The notes beneath the pieces are model-generated. The model searched no databases. It had not been told where the DNA came from and was given only the letters and a program-made list of their open reading frames with translations. Position numbers and translations under genes: made by a program. A stretch of 64,000 bases of DNA from Octopus vulgaris (lineage: Eukaryota), in contig OX597819.1 in NCBI GenBank assembly GCA_951406725.2, positions 39,184,001-39,248,000 on the forward strand. The letters run 5' to 3'. This document shows, piece by piece, positions 40,576-54,334 of this stretch. Positions within the stretch are counted from its first letter, which is position 1; each line of letters begins with the position of its first letter.

Positions 40576-41613
40576 TATCTGCTCAATATTCAGATGACTG
40601 TCAATGTGTTAAAGAAACAGAGATATAATAAAAGTGTCATGACAGTTAATTGCTTTCAAAGCGCGTGTCAGGGATGGGGCAGACAAACAGAGAGAAGGAA
40701 ACACACTACCAATCGTATTAGTAGATGTTCAACTTCAAGCTTATGCAAATAACATACTCTCGTTTTCAGTTTCAGATAACAATAGCTTCTACTTTTGCTA
40801 GAAGGGAAGCTTTTATACATTACCTTTAACGTTTAGATTGCAACAGTATATAGCATTTAGATTGCAATAGTATATAACGTGACGCTGATTGATTTAGCTG
40901 ATCTCTGACATTGTGGAGAAGAAAGTTCGTAACATACCAAGACATGTTGCAGGAATAGAATAAACGAGTCATGGAGATTCCTGGTGCAGCATGATTGGAT
41001 TCAGGAATTGGATATTGGTTATGACATTTAAAGTAGGTACTTAAGGGAAGCGAAGACAGTGAAGTGCCGTGAAAGTGCAATATCACAAAATGTACAATAC
41101 TTGATCAAATTTTCAACGAGTAATAATAGATTTCCTATATTTCTCTTTTATCAGTTTATCAATGCAAAATGAATTTTAAGAGTTCCAAGTTTATAATCGT
41201 CCAATTAATATTGGAAATGTTTTAACGATTCAGCTGTGGCTGTCGGGAAATCCTGAAACTTTACCATGTTCTGATAACAGGAAAATCTCATACCTTTAAT
41301 AATTCCTCTAGTAAATTGCAATCGACCTTCAGACTAACGGACTAATTTCACCGAAAACTCAGTGAAATTACTCTGTTGAATTGATGATATATGTTTTATT
41401 ATATGGAGAAAACTTTTAGTTGGCTACCAAATCGAAATTAATTACATAAATTATGTTCTCTGTATACTGAAAAAAACATTAGATGATAAAACATAAAGAA
41501 GAATAATATTCTGTGTGGTCAAGAGTTTGCGCAGAAGCGAACAGCCAATTTATTGATACTCGTTTTCAATATCAAAGATCACAGACTTGGGTTATTATAG
41601 TCAAGGGAAAGTA

Positions 41614-42060
41614 TTGGGTTGTCCGGAAAGTTCGTGCCGAACTTTATTTCAAAGGAAAGAAAAAGATCAATAAATACTTGCCATTACATTTTTAATCAAC
41701 CAAATATCAACCATTTTCTTGCACAATGCGTCTCCATCTTTCCTTTAACTTGAAAATACCCACTTCTCAGAATTGAGGTGGTTTCATGGCAAAGAATTCA
41801 TCAAGGTATCTTTTTACGTCATCCAAGGAATTGAAATTTTTACCAATAAGACTATTCTGCAGAGACCTGAATAAGTGGAAATCCGAAGGAGCAATATCTG
41901 GTGAATATGGAGCTGCAGAAATTTTTGTCTGGTTCCCAAAGCATCAAGTGCCGAAAATGAATTTTCTTATCTTCCATTTTAAAGGGTTACAGAATTAACA
42001 CAGGTTATAGGAACATAAACCTTCTTCCACGAAGAAGGTTTATGTGACACATTTCATTTT
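41614..42060 (-). mobile_element. mariner deletion fragment
   Basis: TA-TTGGGTTGTCCGGAAAG TIR; PYSPDIAPSDFHLFRSLQN; right boundary approximate. Confidence 0.75.
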
Positions 42061-42257
42061 ATATGGCACATTTCATAACAATCATGTATAACAAACTGCT
42101 ATGGTGTAGGCATGGTCAACTTCTGTTTACTTTAATTTCAACAACCCCTTTGATGAAAAATATTGGCATAATTTGATGTTTCCTTTTATAGGTCAACTCC
42201 AAATATTATCTTCTTTGGTCATTTGCAAGGATTCGAGGAAAGATTCCAAAGTACCAC

Positions 42258-42672
42258 GGATCTTTTCGGTTTGAACGGCAGTTTTTTCTAGCGGTGCCAC
42301 ATGAAATTGTCACCCGTAATTATGACCCTAGTATCGATCTATTGTATTTCAATCTGTTTTAGGGTTAGGGTTAGGGGTGGGGGAAGGGTATCTTTTTTCT
42401 TCACAAATGTAAATAAACCCAATCTGTTTCTTAAACGAGGGACATATTCATACGGCACAGAATGTTTTTTACCTCAATGGACGTCAGTGATTGGTTGAAA
42501 TTGCAGAAATTGAAGAAAAATAGCAACAAATATCTTACAAACTATAGAATTTTCTCAATAGAGCCAAGAGAAAAAGATGTTTTATAAACACATTCTACCA
42601 GTATACGGAGTTTTAAATTTTTTAGTTACCTAGAAATTATGTTAAAAACTGCCGTTCAAACCGAAAAGATCC
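42258..42672. mobile_element. second copy of the Merlin-like MITE
   Basis: Highly similar to 38564-38960; TTAGGG x3; TSD not evident. Confidence 0.9.
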
Positions 42673-43873
42673 AAAAAAACGTTATATGGTCTTGGTGAAA
42701 GATAAAGCCTGTGAATGCAGTTAAATTATAAGACACAAAGAGAAAATTACTCTCCCCAGACACAACAGATTATAGGTAAAGTTTTAGGTAAAGGTCAAAG
42801 TTCGTGACCTTTTGACCTCTGGTGACCTTTTTACGGAATAAATTTGCTGATCATTTGCATGAACTTGTAGATCTTGACCAGGCAATCATTTTAAGTGGTC
42901 ATTTGCAAAGTTAGAGCTGTCTGATTTTTCCATACCCCTAATTTTCTGCCTCCAGCTGTAAAAGTGGCCATGTTCAAAAAGTCCATGGTGGGTGTCTTCC
43001 ATCCCAGCTTCTTTTTTGCTGGCAGCATCAAATTTCTGACTTGTTAGACCTAGGGTTACATTAAAATACCCATTAAAGTAAATCACAAGGGATAGGGGGG
43101 TGAATCGTGACCCCCCCTCACTAGCCCATGGTCTAAAAGAAGTTGTATTCTTGAGATATATTCTACTCTCATATTATAAGAAAAGTCGTGTAAGTTCATT
43201 GGGCGGTTCAACTTTTACTCTCTCTCTCTCTTTTACTCTTCTACTTGCTTCAGTCATTTGACGGTGGCCATGCTGGAGCACCGCCATTAGTCGAGCAAAT
43301 TGACCCCAGGACTTATTCTTTGTAAGCCTAGTACTTATTCTATCGGTCTCTTTTGCGGAACCGCTAAGTTACGGCAAAGGGATATAAACACGCCAGCATC
43401 GGTTGTCAAGCGATGTTGTGGGGACAAACACAGACACACAAACATATACACACACATACATATATATATACATATATACGACGGGCTTCTTTCACTTTCC
43501 GTCTACCAAATCCACTCACAAGGCTTTGGTCGGCCCGAGACTATAGTAGAAGACACTTGCCCAAGGTGCCACGCAGTGGGAATGAACCCGGAACCATGTG
43601 GTTCGTAAGCAAGCTACTTTATTTCATAAATATTTGCCATGAAGGCTTTACAAAGAGGGGGCGAACAAGAACGGACAAACATAAAAGGGTGATGTAGCTG
43701 TAGCGATTAAATATTTACAATTTAAAATATACAATAATTTAATAAATATGTTTATAACTTTTGACTTAAGCGTTGCTCATTACAAATGAAATTTGTAATG
43801 GTTTCTCTGAAGGATAGGCATCCGACCACCAGGGTAGACCCCCTGCATTTTCTTTCCTGTTTTTGGCTTCCAC

Positions 43874-46800
43874 TTACCTGGTGCCAAACACTCCCAGCTT
43901 CCTCGCCACAGGTTTCCATCTTCTCATGAATCTGTCTCGTGACAGGTACCTTTTCTCCAGCCTGATCGTATTACTGAGGTGGTAACTAAAAAAGTTAACC
44001 AACCCCTGGCCGGATACAAAGGTACCCGACAATATGCCTCTCACACGCGTTTTCCATACTGTTTCTTTCAGTATGACTACTACGCAGAAAAAACAAGCCT
44101 TCTTTTCCCTGTTAAGGGAAGGAGGCGCCACAATCTCGATGATAGATTCAGCTGATAGCTGTACACTTCCCATCGATGACAACAGTTGCTCTGCGAAAGC
44201 CATCAGTCCCGTTAATTGCGGACATTCCACAAATGCGTGCAAGACGGTTTCCCTGTCCTACCTGCACCTCGGACATGTCGGCGAGACGGTACTTCCGTGC
44301 CTTGACAGTTTATCACGAACAGGTAACGCCGCACGGAAGCACTACCAAGCCAGGGATTTCTGGTAATTATCCAGATACCCCGGCCCGAAAGTTCTCCAGA
44401 ACAGGTTGATTAACTGATTTTCATCGTAGCCCAGGGTCTCCCCCAAGGCGTCTTCGGACTTCTACTAACCCGCTATAGAAATCCGCGGTGGAACACTTGT
44501 TGCCGGAATTGCCCGCCCGAGAGAGTAGCTGAAGTGCCTGGCGGCACTCCAATTACCAGTCCCCCAGCCTAGGTCTCTGCTTGATCCAATTGCCAATGTC
44601 CGTTAAGGACGTTAATTGCAGAAGGTAGAACCGAACGTGCGGTGACCACACCTGTTCTCCATCCAGGTAAAGCCAGAGGTGCCTTAACCTTAACACGAAT
44701 TTTGGCATCCTCAGCCAAGGCATCCCTAGTCCACCCTTTAGCGGTTTCTGGCAGCAGACAGAGCGCTTCACAAGTGGCTTTCCTCCCTTCCACAAAAAGT
44801 GGAAAAGGATTCTCTCCAACTTGTTCAGCCACAAATCGGGGTAAGGCACCACAATCAGACGGTAGGTGATAACCGACGCTATAAACATCTGCACCACCTC
44901 CGCCTTTCCTAGCAAGGATAACGCCCGTCCAGACCAAGTCTGGGTTGGAGCAGTCACCTTGCTGGCCACCTCACTCCAATTTGTCTCTATCTGGAGGTCT
45001 GGCCCGAACCAGACTCCGAGCAGCTTAACAGGACCTTCCGTCCAACGCCCCACGACGTTATTGGACGGCATCGGCTTGCCCCTCCAGGTGCCAAGCTGCA
45101 AACCAATTGACTTGTCCTTGTTAAGCTTTGCTCCTGCCACCGCCTCGTAACTTTTGATAGCCTCTTCCACCACTGGAAGCTGACCCTCATCCGCCACGAT
45201 GATGGAGATGTCATCCGCATACGCCGTAGCTTCTCTTCCACACCATAGATCATGCGGTGCGCCCCCTAGTGCCTCCAACTTCCGCAATAATGGCTCGAGA
45301 GCCAGTACATACAAAGGTGCGGACAGGGGACACCCCTGACGCACTGAGCGCTCGATCCTGAATGGTTTCGAAAGAAAACCATTCACTTTCACGACGGACT
45401 CGATGTCGCTGTACAACGCAGCAATCCAACCCCGGAAGGTCGGGCCCAGGCCAACCTTCTCGAGGACCGCCGCCAAGTACCGATGGTCGACCCTATTGAA
45501 TGCCTTAGACTGGTCTAAATGTACCAGTGCCCCCCCCCGCGCCAGCAAGCTTCCCCACCCTCTAAGGAGTAGCGTATAAGGTGGAGATTGTCATGGATCG
45601 TCCTGCCCGGGATAGCGCACGTTTGCGCTTCCTCGACAAGTTTGTCCACGACCCGCGCCAACCTTTTCGCAATCACCTTGGCCAAAATCTTTAACTCTGT
45701 GTTCAGCAGAGTTATGGGCCTGAAGTTCCCTATCTCTTCCCCCTACCACCCTCCGGCTCGCAGACTTGGGAATTCTCCTATTCTGCTGCCAATTGGCGTA
45801 GACGCTGGCCAGCAGGTGCCCGAACAAGTCTGGCATAGTTTTGTAAAATTCATAAGGCAGACCATCGAGATCCGGCGACTTCTCCCCGGGGCATCCGCCC
45901 AGTACCTCGATTACCTCCTCAGCCGTGATTAGCCCTTCACAACACTCAGTCTCTCGTGCCGAGAGACGCGGGCCGCCAGAGAGGAAGTCCCTAAGGGCCT
46001 CGCCATGATCCAGCGCCCCGCTACTCCCAAGCAACTCGGCAAAGTGCTTGTGAATCGCCTCACACATCTCGTCCCGTCCATCGACCAAACTCCCATTGTC
46101 ATCCACGAAAGACCTAATTGTGGCATCATTGCCACGCTGGGTTTCTACCGTACGGGGCCCATCCGGCAACATTAATTCCCTCACGGCCTAATGCGCGCAT
46201 TTTAGCCCGAACTCTGCACCCCTCATGTTTGGCTTTGAGGTGACTGTCCAAGGCCATTCTGGCTGCCAAAATGTGAGATGCAGAGCCCAACCTCAACGCC
46301 TCCTCTTGGTCCTTAACTAGTTGCCCTTCTATTCTGGTCTTATCTAGTCTTAGCTGACAGCTAAATCTAATAGACTCAAAATGAATGGCTCTCTTCAGGG
46401 CGAACGCCCTCTGTACTAATTAACGCCCTCTGTACTAATTCCTCAATTCGGCTACGGTATGCTTCGCAAGTCAAAATAGTCTTGTTCAGTTTCCAGTAGC
46501 CGGATCCTCTCTTAACTGTACTATCTATGTCCAGTCTACACTTAACCATTCTATGGTCAGTGTATGCTACTTGGACAAGCTGTGGACAGCTAAAACTAGA
46601 TTTATCTCCAGTTCTTATCACTATCCTATCTAAATAGGACTTGAACCTTCCGTCGCCACTCATCCAGGTCCACTCTGGGACGTTCGGATGGTCAAGTCTG
46701 TAACGAACCGCCAGCTGTAACCGCTTGAGCAGATCCACGCGACGTGATTTTACTTTCCTATAGATCGAGCCAACGCTATCGATGCGCGCATCAACAATAG

Positions 46801-47230
46801 CGTTATAGTCACCTAACACCATTAATATCTTCGACGTCACGAGAAAATTCTCTAGGCGCCGAAAAAAATCAGTTTGAAATCCTCTAGCACAAGGTGCATA
46901 GATCCCGATCAACCTGAAGTCCTTACTGCTGTATGTCACATCAAGGACGACCAGCCCACCTTCTGGGTCTACATAGACTGAATTTGTCTGCAGCGCCAAG
47001 CCTTTTCGAGCCAGTACTACTACACCCCCTCGGCCTCCGGTCCGGCTAGGAGACATGATTTTCTCATAGTCATTCAAGAGGGGCGAGAAGGTTTGTAGAC
47101 TGTCCAGCTTGGTCTCTGTAGCAACCAATACATGCATATCGTGTGATCTGAGGTCGTCGGGGAAACAAGCTGGCTTCCACTTCGAGCTCAGACCACGCAC
47201 ATTCAAACACCCAAGGTTAAGTGCAGTCAT
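43874..47230 (-). pseudogene. Tx1 ORF2 (APE endonuclease + reverse transcriptase), frameshifted
   Basis: LNVRGL, IYAP, GDYN, YLDRI, TDH, GSGYWKLN; KSP.LDGLPYEFY, LDQSKAFNRVDH, VRQGCPLS, AYADD. Confidence 0.92.
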
Positions 47231-47259
47231 TTAAAACAAAAGAAAAGCAAGGGTTCTAC

Positions 47260-48600
47260 TTACTCTTTAACTTTTTCTTTTATTGGTGATGCTGGGGCTG
47301 ACCTCACCACATATGAGGCAGTCCTTTTCTCCTGCTCCTTCAAAAACTCCTTCAAATACCGCGGAAGGTCCGGGATGTTCGTGATGGTCCTCGGATGCCT
47401 ACCCTTCATTTCATTATACAATTTTTCTGATATCCACGCACATCTCTCTTCTGTGCCATCGGGCTGCTGCAACAGCTCCACGGTGTGGTGCTTTTTTAAA
47501 ATGTCCATAATATATTTATCCCCGGTATCAAACTTTACCAGGGTTTTTGTTCCGTCTTTGTTCTTTTTTATTTTCTCTTCTGGAACAGTGGAGCGGGATC
47601 TTTTTTCTCTGTGGTATGCTGTTTTTCTTCTTTTTTCTTTCTGGGGGCTATGGATGGGGAAGGTGCATGTGTACTTTTTTTCCTGGGTGTTAAGTCACCT
47701 CCATGGTGTCTTCCAGAGGAGTTGTTACTTCAGAGGGAGTGGGTGCATTTGTTTCTGTCGGAACCGGTGTGTGCATGGCCTGGGGCTTTGGGATGTTTTG
47801 TTTGGGAGCAGGTGCTACAGATGGTGGGGTGGGAGTATTTGTTTCTGTGGGGGCTAATTTGTGTGCGGGTTTGGGGTATTTTTCTGTAGTTGAAGGGCCT
47901 GATGTCTGCGCACTTATTTTCTTTTTTTCCATATTTCACAGTCTACACGAATGTGGCCTTTTTTTACCACATTCGAAACACGTGGGCTGTTTGCCCTCTA
48001 CTTGAATCTTGAGGTCAATATCTTCCCTCAAGAGCACTCTTTCTGGCAACATTTCGATGTCTTGTTGCGTTCCTTGAATAATCGCAGAGATGCTCTGCCC
48101 ATGCCAATTTTGTGGGGCAGTGCATGTAATTTGGAGGAAGGTGATTTTTGTCAGTCCTGTTATACAACAGGGCGGCCATCACCTCCCTTGCCTCAATTTC
48201 TGGTGGTACGTCGTTTATTAGGACGCTTGCTGTTCTCCTTCCCATGTATGTTGGGAGCAGCACCACCTCCTTCGTTTTTAGAGGACTCACTGAGTGCTTT
48301 TGTGCTTGAAGCTGGCCTCTATTATTCCATATGCCCGGCCCCTCGCTATGTATTTTATATCTTTCCATATAGGGGCCAGGCATTTTTCTATTTCGCACTT
48401 TTCGAAGTGCTTGAATTTCTTCGATGAAGGACAGTACGTTTTGTAAACGAGTGTCCTTCTCTTCAAATTTTTAGCACTAGGGGAGGGTGAGATCTTTATA
48501 TCCCCACCCTCTTTTCATTCTCTCAAAAAGCTCGGAGAGCTTCTTCGTTTCAATTATAATATTTTTTGAAGACACAGCGGTTACTGCCTCGAACTATTTT
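47260..48600 (-). pseudogene. Tx1 ORF1 (gag-like zinc knuckle), frameshifted
   Basis: VEGKQPTCFECGKKGHIRVDC (CX2CX4HX4C) at ~47940-48000 followed by a Pro/Thr-rich region; start approximate. Confidence 0.75.
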
Positions 48601-48689
48601 GCTGGCTCATGCAGCTGGTTCTTTTCTTGGATTATTTCGACCGACATATTCGTTCGAAATAAATGGTACACAATTCAGTCCCCCAAAAA

Positions 48690-49080
48690 GAGAAACCTAT
48701 AATTTTTTTACTTCTTTTTTTCTCTTAACGAGGACAACAGTTCAAATCCCACCCCTGCTGGGGGCGAGACGTAGCAACAAAGCCTACAACGTTCGAAATT
48801 TTTTTTTTTTTCACACAATAATAAAATATAGAATCCTAAAAAACGGGAAACCTATAATATTTTTTCCTCACAACGAGGACAACAGTTCAAATCTCGCCCA
48901 CGCTAGTGGTGGATGCCACAATAGAGCCTACAACGGCTAAAATTTAATTTTTCTCGCAATAATAAATTGCATATCGCAAAAAACGGGAAACCTATAATAT
49001 TTTTTTCCTCTTAATGAGGATAACAGTTCAAATTCCACCCCCGCTGGGGGAGGGGCACGATAATAAAGCCTACAACGGCT
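48690..49080 (-). repeat. three ~140-155-bp tandem monomers in the LINE 5' UTR
   Basis: GAAACCTATAAT..GAGGA(C/T)AACAGTTCAAAT..AGCCTACAACG repeated three times. Confidence 0.85.
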
Positions 49081-49937
49081 TTAATAAGTTCAATATTAAT
49101 AATATTAGTAAGTTCAATATTAATAATTTTAATATTTCAACAATTACTTTCACCCGTCACCGGGTAAAAGCACAAAATTTTCAAAGTTCAACAAAGTTTA
49201 ACATTTCAAAAATATTCAACAATAGACAACAATTCCAATAGAAAAAATTATCCACGTGCAACAAAATGTTTGACTCGCCGATAAAAAAAACACGTCTGTC
49301 TACGACAAAGGTAAGCAAGCTACTTACCACACAGCCACTTCGATGCATTAAAAAAAGAAAGGTTCACCAGATTTCATTGATTATTCGCACACGCACATGC
49401 ATGCACGCATTTATACGCAGATATGCATACACACACTCATACACACAGACAGACACACATACCTGCACATGTGCTGACGTACATACTGATGTCTTCTGTA
49501 ACCATCTGGGTTCAAAAGTTGGTAGGCTGATAGTAGGGAAGATGTGGATTGCATTGGTTTACATGTTAGCGACGGTGGGCATATATTGTTGATGCTGAAG
49601 TGGTTACATTGTCTTTACTAATTGTTTCGTTGTGGCTGTTTAGTCTCAGATCAACCTTCATAGACCTAAGATCAAAAGAGACTTCGTTCAACTTTCAAAA
49701 TGAAATAGGACACAACACTATATGTTTTTTTCTTTATTTGAAACGGATACACTTAAATACATAATGTTATATAGAATAAATTATGAATCAATAACTAAAC
49801 ACAAATATAATTACTTTACTAATTATCTTACAGTTTCATATTATACTAATTATGAATGACTTTTATGATTGACTTTTTCATGAATAAGATAACAGAATAT
49901 AAAGGAATATATATGTGTATTAACAAACTAATTTGAC

Positions 49938-50735
49938 GGATCTTTTCCTTTTGAACGGCAGACAATTTCTAGTTAACTAAACACTTTAAAACTTCGTATA
50001 CTGGTAGAATGTGTCAAAATAAAACATTTTTTTCTCTTGGCTTTCTTGAGAAAATTGTAATTTGTTTGTTTAACGTAGTTTAATTTTTCGAATTTTAACC
50101 AATCCTATGCTCGCTTTTGAGTTAAAATCATTTGCTGCGTCTAAAACTGAGACACTACCCCTCATCCTAACCCTAACCCTAATTTTGTTTTCTTAATTGT
50201 TAAATTAATTTAATTGCTAGGCGTGTAAAAAAAACGAAAGCAATGGAAAATGATTTAAACAATTAACAAACAAAATAATTCTATAATTTTATACACACGC
50301 TCTCCGTAACACACGCTTTCCGTATACGTACGGAAAGCGTGTGTATAAAATTATAGAATTATTTTGTTTGTTAATTGTTTAAATAATTTTCCATTGCTTT
50401 CGGTTTTTTTACACGCGTAACAATTAAATTAATTTAACAATTAAGAAAAAATTAGGGTTAGGGTTAGGGTTAGGGGGAGGGGGAGGGTTAGTTACAGGAT
50501 GTTGTCTCAGTTTTAGACGCAGCAAATGAGTTTAGTTGAATGGAGGTAATCGATTGGTTAAAATTGCCGAAATGCTCGGATTTTCAGACGAAATATCTTA
50601 CAAACTATAGAATTTTCTCAATAAAGCCAAGAAAAAATGATGTTTTATAAACACATTCTACCAGTATACGAAGTTTAAAAGTGTTTAGTTAACTAGAAAT
50701 TGTGTTGACATCTGCCGTTCAAAAGGAAAAGATCC
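49938..50735. mobile_element. longer Merlin-like MITE relative, largely palindromic, with telomeric repeats
   Basis: TIR GGATCTTTTCCTTTTGAACGGCAGA; TSD AATTTGAC; CCCTAA repeats ~50165-50182, TTAGGG repeats ~50451-50474. Confidence 0.9.
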
Positions 50736-51225
50736 AATTTGACTTCATAACACGTTACTAACATACATAAATCAACTTGAACAGTAGACATCTATTATAC
50801 ACACACACACACACACACACATGAACAATCATAGATAATCTGAAATGGGCTATGAATATCCATACCTATAAACGCATATATAGTTATAGAAATATTCGAT
50901 AACCTTTTACTAATATACATACAGATTTGCGCACAAGTAAAGCAACTTAAGTAATAAGGATCTATAAAAGCACGCACATACACATGCATAAACGATGGCA
51001 TCCATACTTGTATTCAATAACTTTATGCCAACACACATACACACATACGTATACATAAATTAACTTATGGTACACATAAATTAACATAATTTATGTGTAC
51101 TATGGACCATGGACATTCATGTTTTGTAAAAAAAAACCTTTATTTTATTTTTTTAATTTATTTTTATTAATATAATATTTCATTATCTATTATTAATCTT
51201 TATTTTTATTCTTATATACTTTAAT

Positions 51226-51281
<56 letters not shown>

Positions 51282-51589
51282 GTATTTAAGTACAATACAC
51301 ACACACACACGGACACCTGCGAACGCGCGCACACACGCGCATACATACACAATAAACGCGCTTTCATCTGGTTAGTCTGTTGGGGTATTTCAATTGATCA
51401 AAATATAAACTCTGTAATGTCCATTTTGCCTTGAAGATCTTCCACCCAGGATATTCAAAATGCAAACTTATATTATTACATGTGTTTTGCAATTATAAAT
51501 GGGTGTGAAGTGAAACAATTGTAGGCAATGTTAATTAATTGATAAATTAATTTATATCCATTGAATCTCTCTATTTTCAAGCTTATTAA

Positions 51590-51613
51590 TAAATATATAT
51601 ATGTATGAATATA

Positions 51614-51698
<85 letters not shown>

Positions 51699-51700
51699 AA

Positions 51701-51749
<49 letters not shown>

Positions 51750-51788
51750 ATATATAGATATATACATACACACACACATATATATATT

Positions 51789-51842
<54 letters not shown>

Positions 51843-51946
51843 CATATACAAATATATATACACACATATATATATACATATATGTATATGTATATATATG
51901 TGTGTGTATATATATATATATGTATATATCTATATGTGTGTGTGTT

Positions 51947-52001
<55 letters not shown>

Positions 52002-52010
52002 TATATATAT
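51590..52010. repeat. compound (TA)/(TG)/(CA) microsatellite
   Basis: Directly visible. Confidence 0.95.
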
Positions 52011-52013
52011 GTA

Positions 52014-53275
52014 CGAGGGACGTTCAATAAGTAATTCCCCTGATCCACTTGCAGTTGTTTGACCTACCTGAAATTTTGCATGTGCAATTATTTATATCAC
52101 TAATTGTGGTTTCTGATTTACAGGTGTTTGAACTGAGTCAAGTGTGAAATGGAGCCTGTTGAGTGTCGAGCAGTGATTCGGTTTTTGTATTTGAAAGGAC
52201 GCACACCACGGGAGACTTTCGATGAAATGAAAGTAACTTATGGTGATGATGCCCCATCATATGACCTTGTAAGACGCTGGCATCGTGAATTCAAACATCG
52301 TCGGAACTCTGTGGAAACAGCTACCAGATCTGGTCGCCCCGCGTCTGCCATTGATGAGGCATCTGTCCGTCAAGTTGAGGCTGCCATTTTGGAAGATCGA
52401 CGCATAATTATTCGCCAAATAGCCCATGAAGTCAAGATTAGTACCGGGTCTGTGGAAACTATCATTCATGACCATTTTCATATGCAAAAGGTGTCTGCCA
52501 GATGAATTCCCAGGCTGCTCACACCTTTCCAGAAACAAGAACGCGTCGAGTGCCAGAGGATGAATTTGGAGATGTGCCAAGAAGATGAGTCAAAATTTTT
52601 CAAAAGACTGATTACACAGGATGAAACCTGGGTCCATCACTATCATCCAGAGACCAAAGTCCAGTCAATGCAGTGGAAGCACCGTGATTCACCTTCTCCA
52701 AAGAAGGCAAGGGTGCAGCCCTCCGCTGGTAAGGTCATGCTCACAGTCTTCTGGGACCAGGACGGAGTAGTGATGACAGATTTCCTGGCAAAGGGTACCA
52801 CAATTACAGGAGCCTATTGTGCTTCACTTTTGAGGAAATTAAGAGAAGCTATCAAAATCAAGAGGCGGGGCAAGATTAGCAAAAGCAGCCTCCTCCTGCA
52901 GGACAACGCTCCGGTCCATAACTCGCTTGTCGCCAGATCAGAAGCACGGGCGTGCGGCTATGAACTCCTCCCCCATCCCCCCTACTCTCCTGACCTTGCA
53001 CCCTCTGATTTTCACCTCTTCCCCAGCCATGAAGTTGTTTTTGAAAGGAAAGCGTTTCCCAGATGATGCAGCCTTGATTTCTGAAGTCACGTCGTCGTTG
53101 GATGACCAAGCTGGGGTCTTCTAAAAAAACGGTCTCCAGAGCTGCATCAAACGATGGGAGAAATGCGTAACTCTGGGTGGTTCCTATGTAGAAAAAGACT
53201 AATAACTGTGCCAAGTTTCGTTGCTCTACTGCTATGGGAAGTGGGTCAGGGGCATTACTTATTGAACGCCCCTCG
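52014..53275 (+). mobile_element. young mariner (DD34D) transposon, full length
   Basis: TA-CGAGGG(A/G)CGTTCAATAAGTAAT TIRs. Confidence 0.95.
52149..53203 (+). pseudogene. mariner transposase pseudogene
   Basis: TQDETWVHHY, QDNAPVH, HPPYSPDLAPSDFHLF; stop at 52503-52505, frameshift near 53025, stop near 53122. Confidence 0.93.
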
Positions 53276-53325
53276 TATATATATATACTGTATACACACA
53301 CACACACATATATACATATATATGG

Positions 53326-53366
<41 letters not shown>

Positions 53367-53641
53367 CATTATGTACATTATATTTACATGTTTGTATGAG
53401 CGTGCATATATGTGTAAAATGTGATGATAGTTTTCCAAATCGTTAACTATATATTTTGATCTTAACTAAAACGCAAGTGACTTTTGAGCTAAGAAGGAAG
53501 AATAGTTTTAGATTGTAAACAATTTTAAACTATGCATTCGAGATACCGCGAGAGCGAAATTACAGACTCTATCCCGAAATTAATGGCCATATCTTATAAT
53601 TTCTGTAAGCGCGAAATCCCGTAACCTGAGATATCCAGAAG

Positions 53642-53719
<78 letters not shown>

Positions 53720-53953
53720 TAGTGAGCTCAGGTCATATACTCGTTGTTAATTGCTTCTTCAAATGGCACGGACGTAACTTTGCCGTTCATCCTTGCAGTA
53801 TCGATAAAATAGTTAGCAGTCAAGTACTGGGTTCGATATTATAGATTTACCCCTACTCCCAAATTTCAGGCCTTGTGCCTATGGTAGAAAGGATTATTAA
53901 TTGGCTCAAGTGAATCAAGGGACGTGAATTTCATATATAAGTACTAAACCGTA

Positions 53954-53989
<36 letters not shown>

Positions 53990-53994
<5 letters not shown>

Positions 53995-54300
53995 GGTTAC
54001 GACGACGATGGTCGCAGCTGATACGATCAACAGAACAGTTTGCTCGTGAAATTAACGTGCAAGTGGCTGAGCACTTCACAGACATGTGTGCCCTTAACAT
54101 AGTTCTCAGGGAGATTCAGCATAACACAGAGTGTGACAAATCTGGCCCTTTGAAATACAGGTACTACTAGTTTTTACCAGTTGAATGAACTAGAGCAACA
54201 TCGAATAAAGTGTCTTGCTCAAGGCCACAGCGCGTCGGTGAGAATTGAACTCACGACCTTACGAGCGTGCAGCGAATGCTCTTACCAATAACTCGCAGGC
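53990..54300 (-). mobile_element. SINE family C-related copy
   Basis: Minus-strand tRNA-like head, GTGAGTTCAATTC, CCTTGAGCAAGACACTTT. Confidence 0.7.
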
Positions 54301-54334
54301 CTTCACCTATATATATATATATATATATATATAT

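Larger units (their letters stand above)
43620..49310 (-). mobile_element. near-full-length Tx1/L1-clade LINE, inactivated, 15-bp TSD
   Basis: TSD GTAAGCAAGCTACTT at 43605-43619 and 49311-49325; ORF1, APE, RT and C-terminal zinc finger in order. Confidence 0.92.
43218..49340 (-). mobile_element. SINE family A split by the Tx1 LINE
   Basis: Body at 43218-43619; remainder of the head at 49311-49340. Confidence 0.85.

Noticed and set aside
42886-43086. 66-aa ORF next to TGACC repeats
   Set aside because: No motif or splice support; more likely part of an old DNA transposon
48690-49080. Regularly spaced repeats as a CRISPR-like array
   Set aside because: Eukaryotic LINE UTR; whole units are homologous, with no unique spacers and no cas genes
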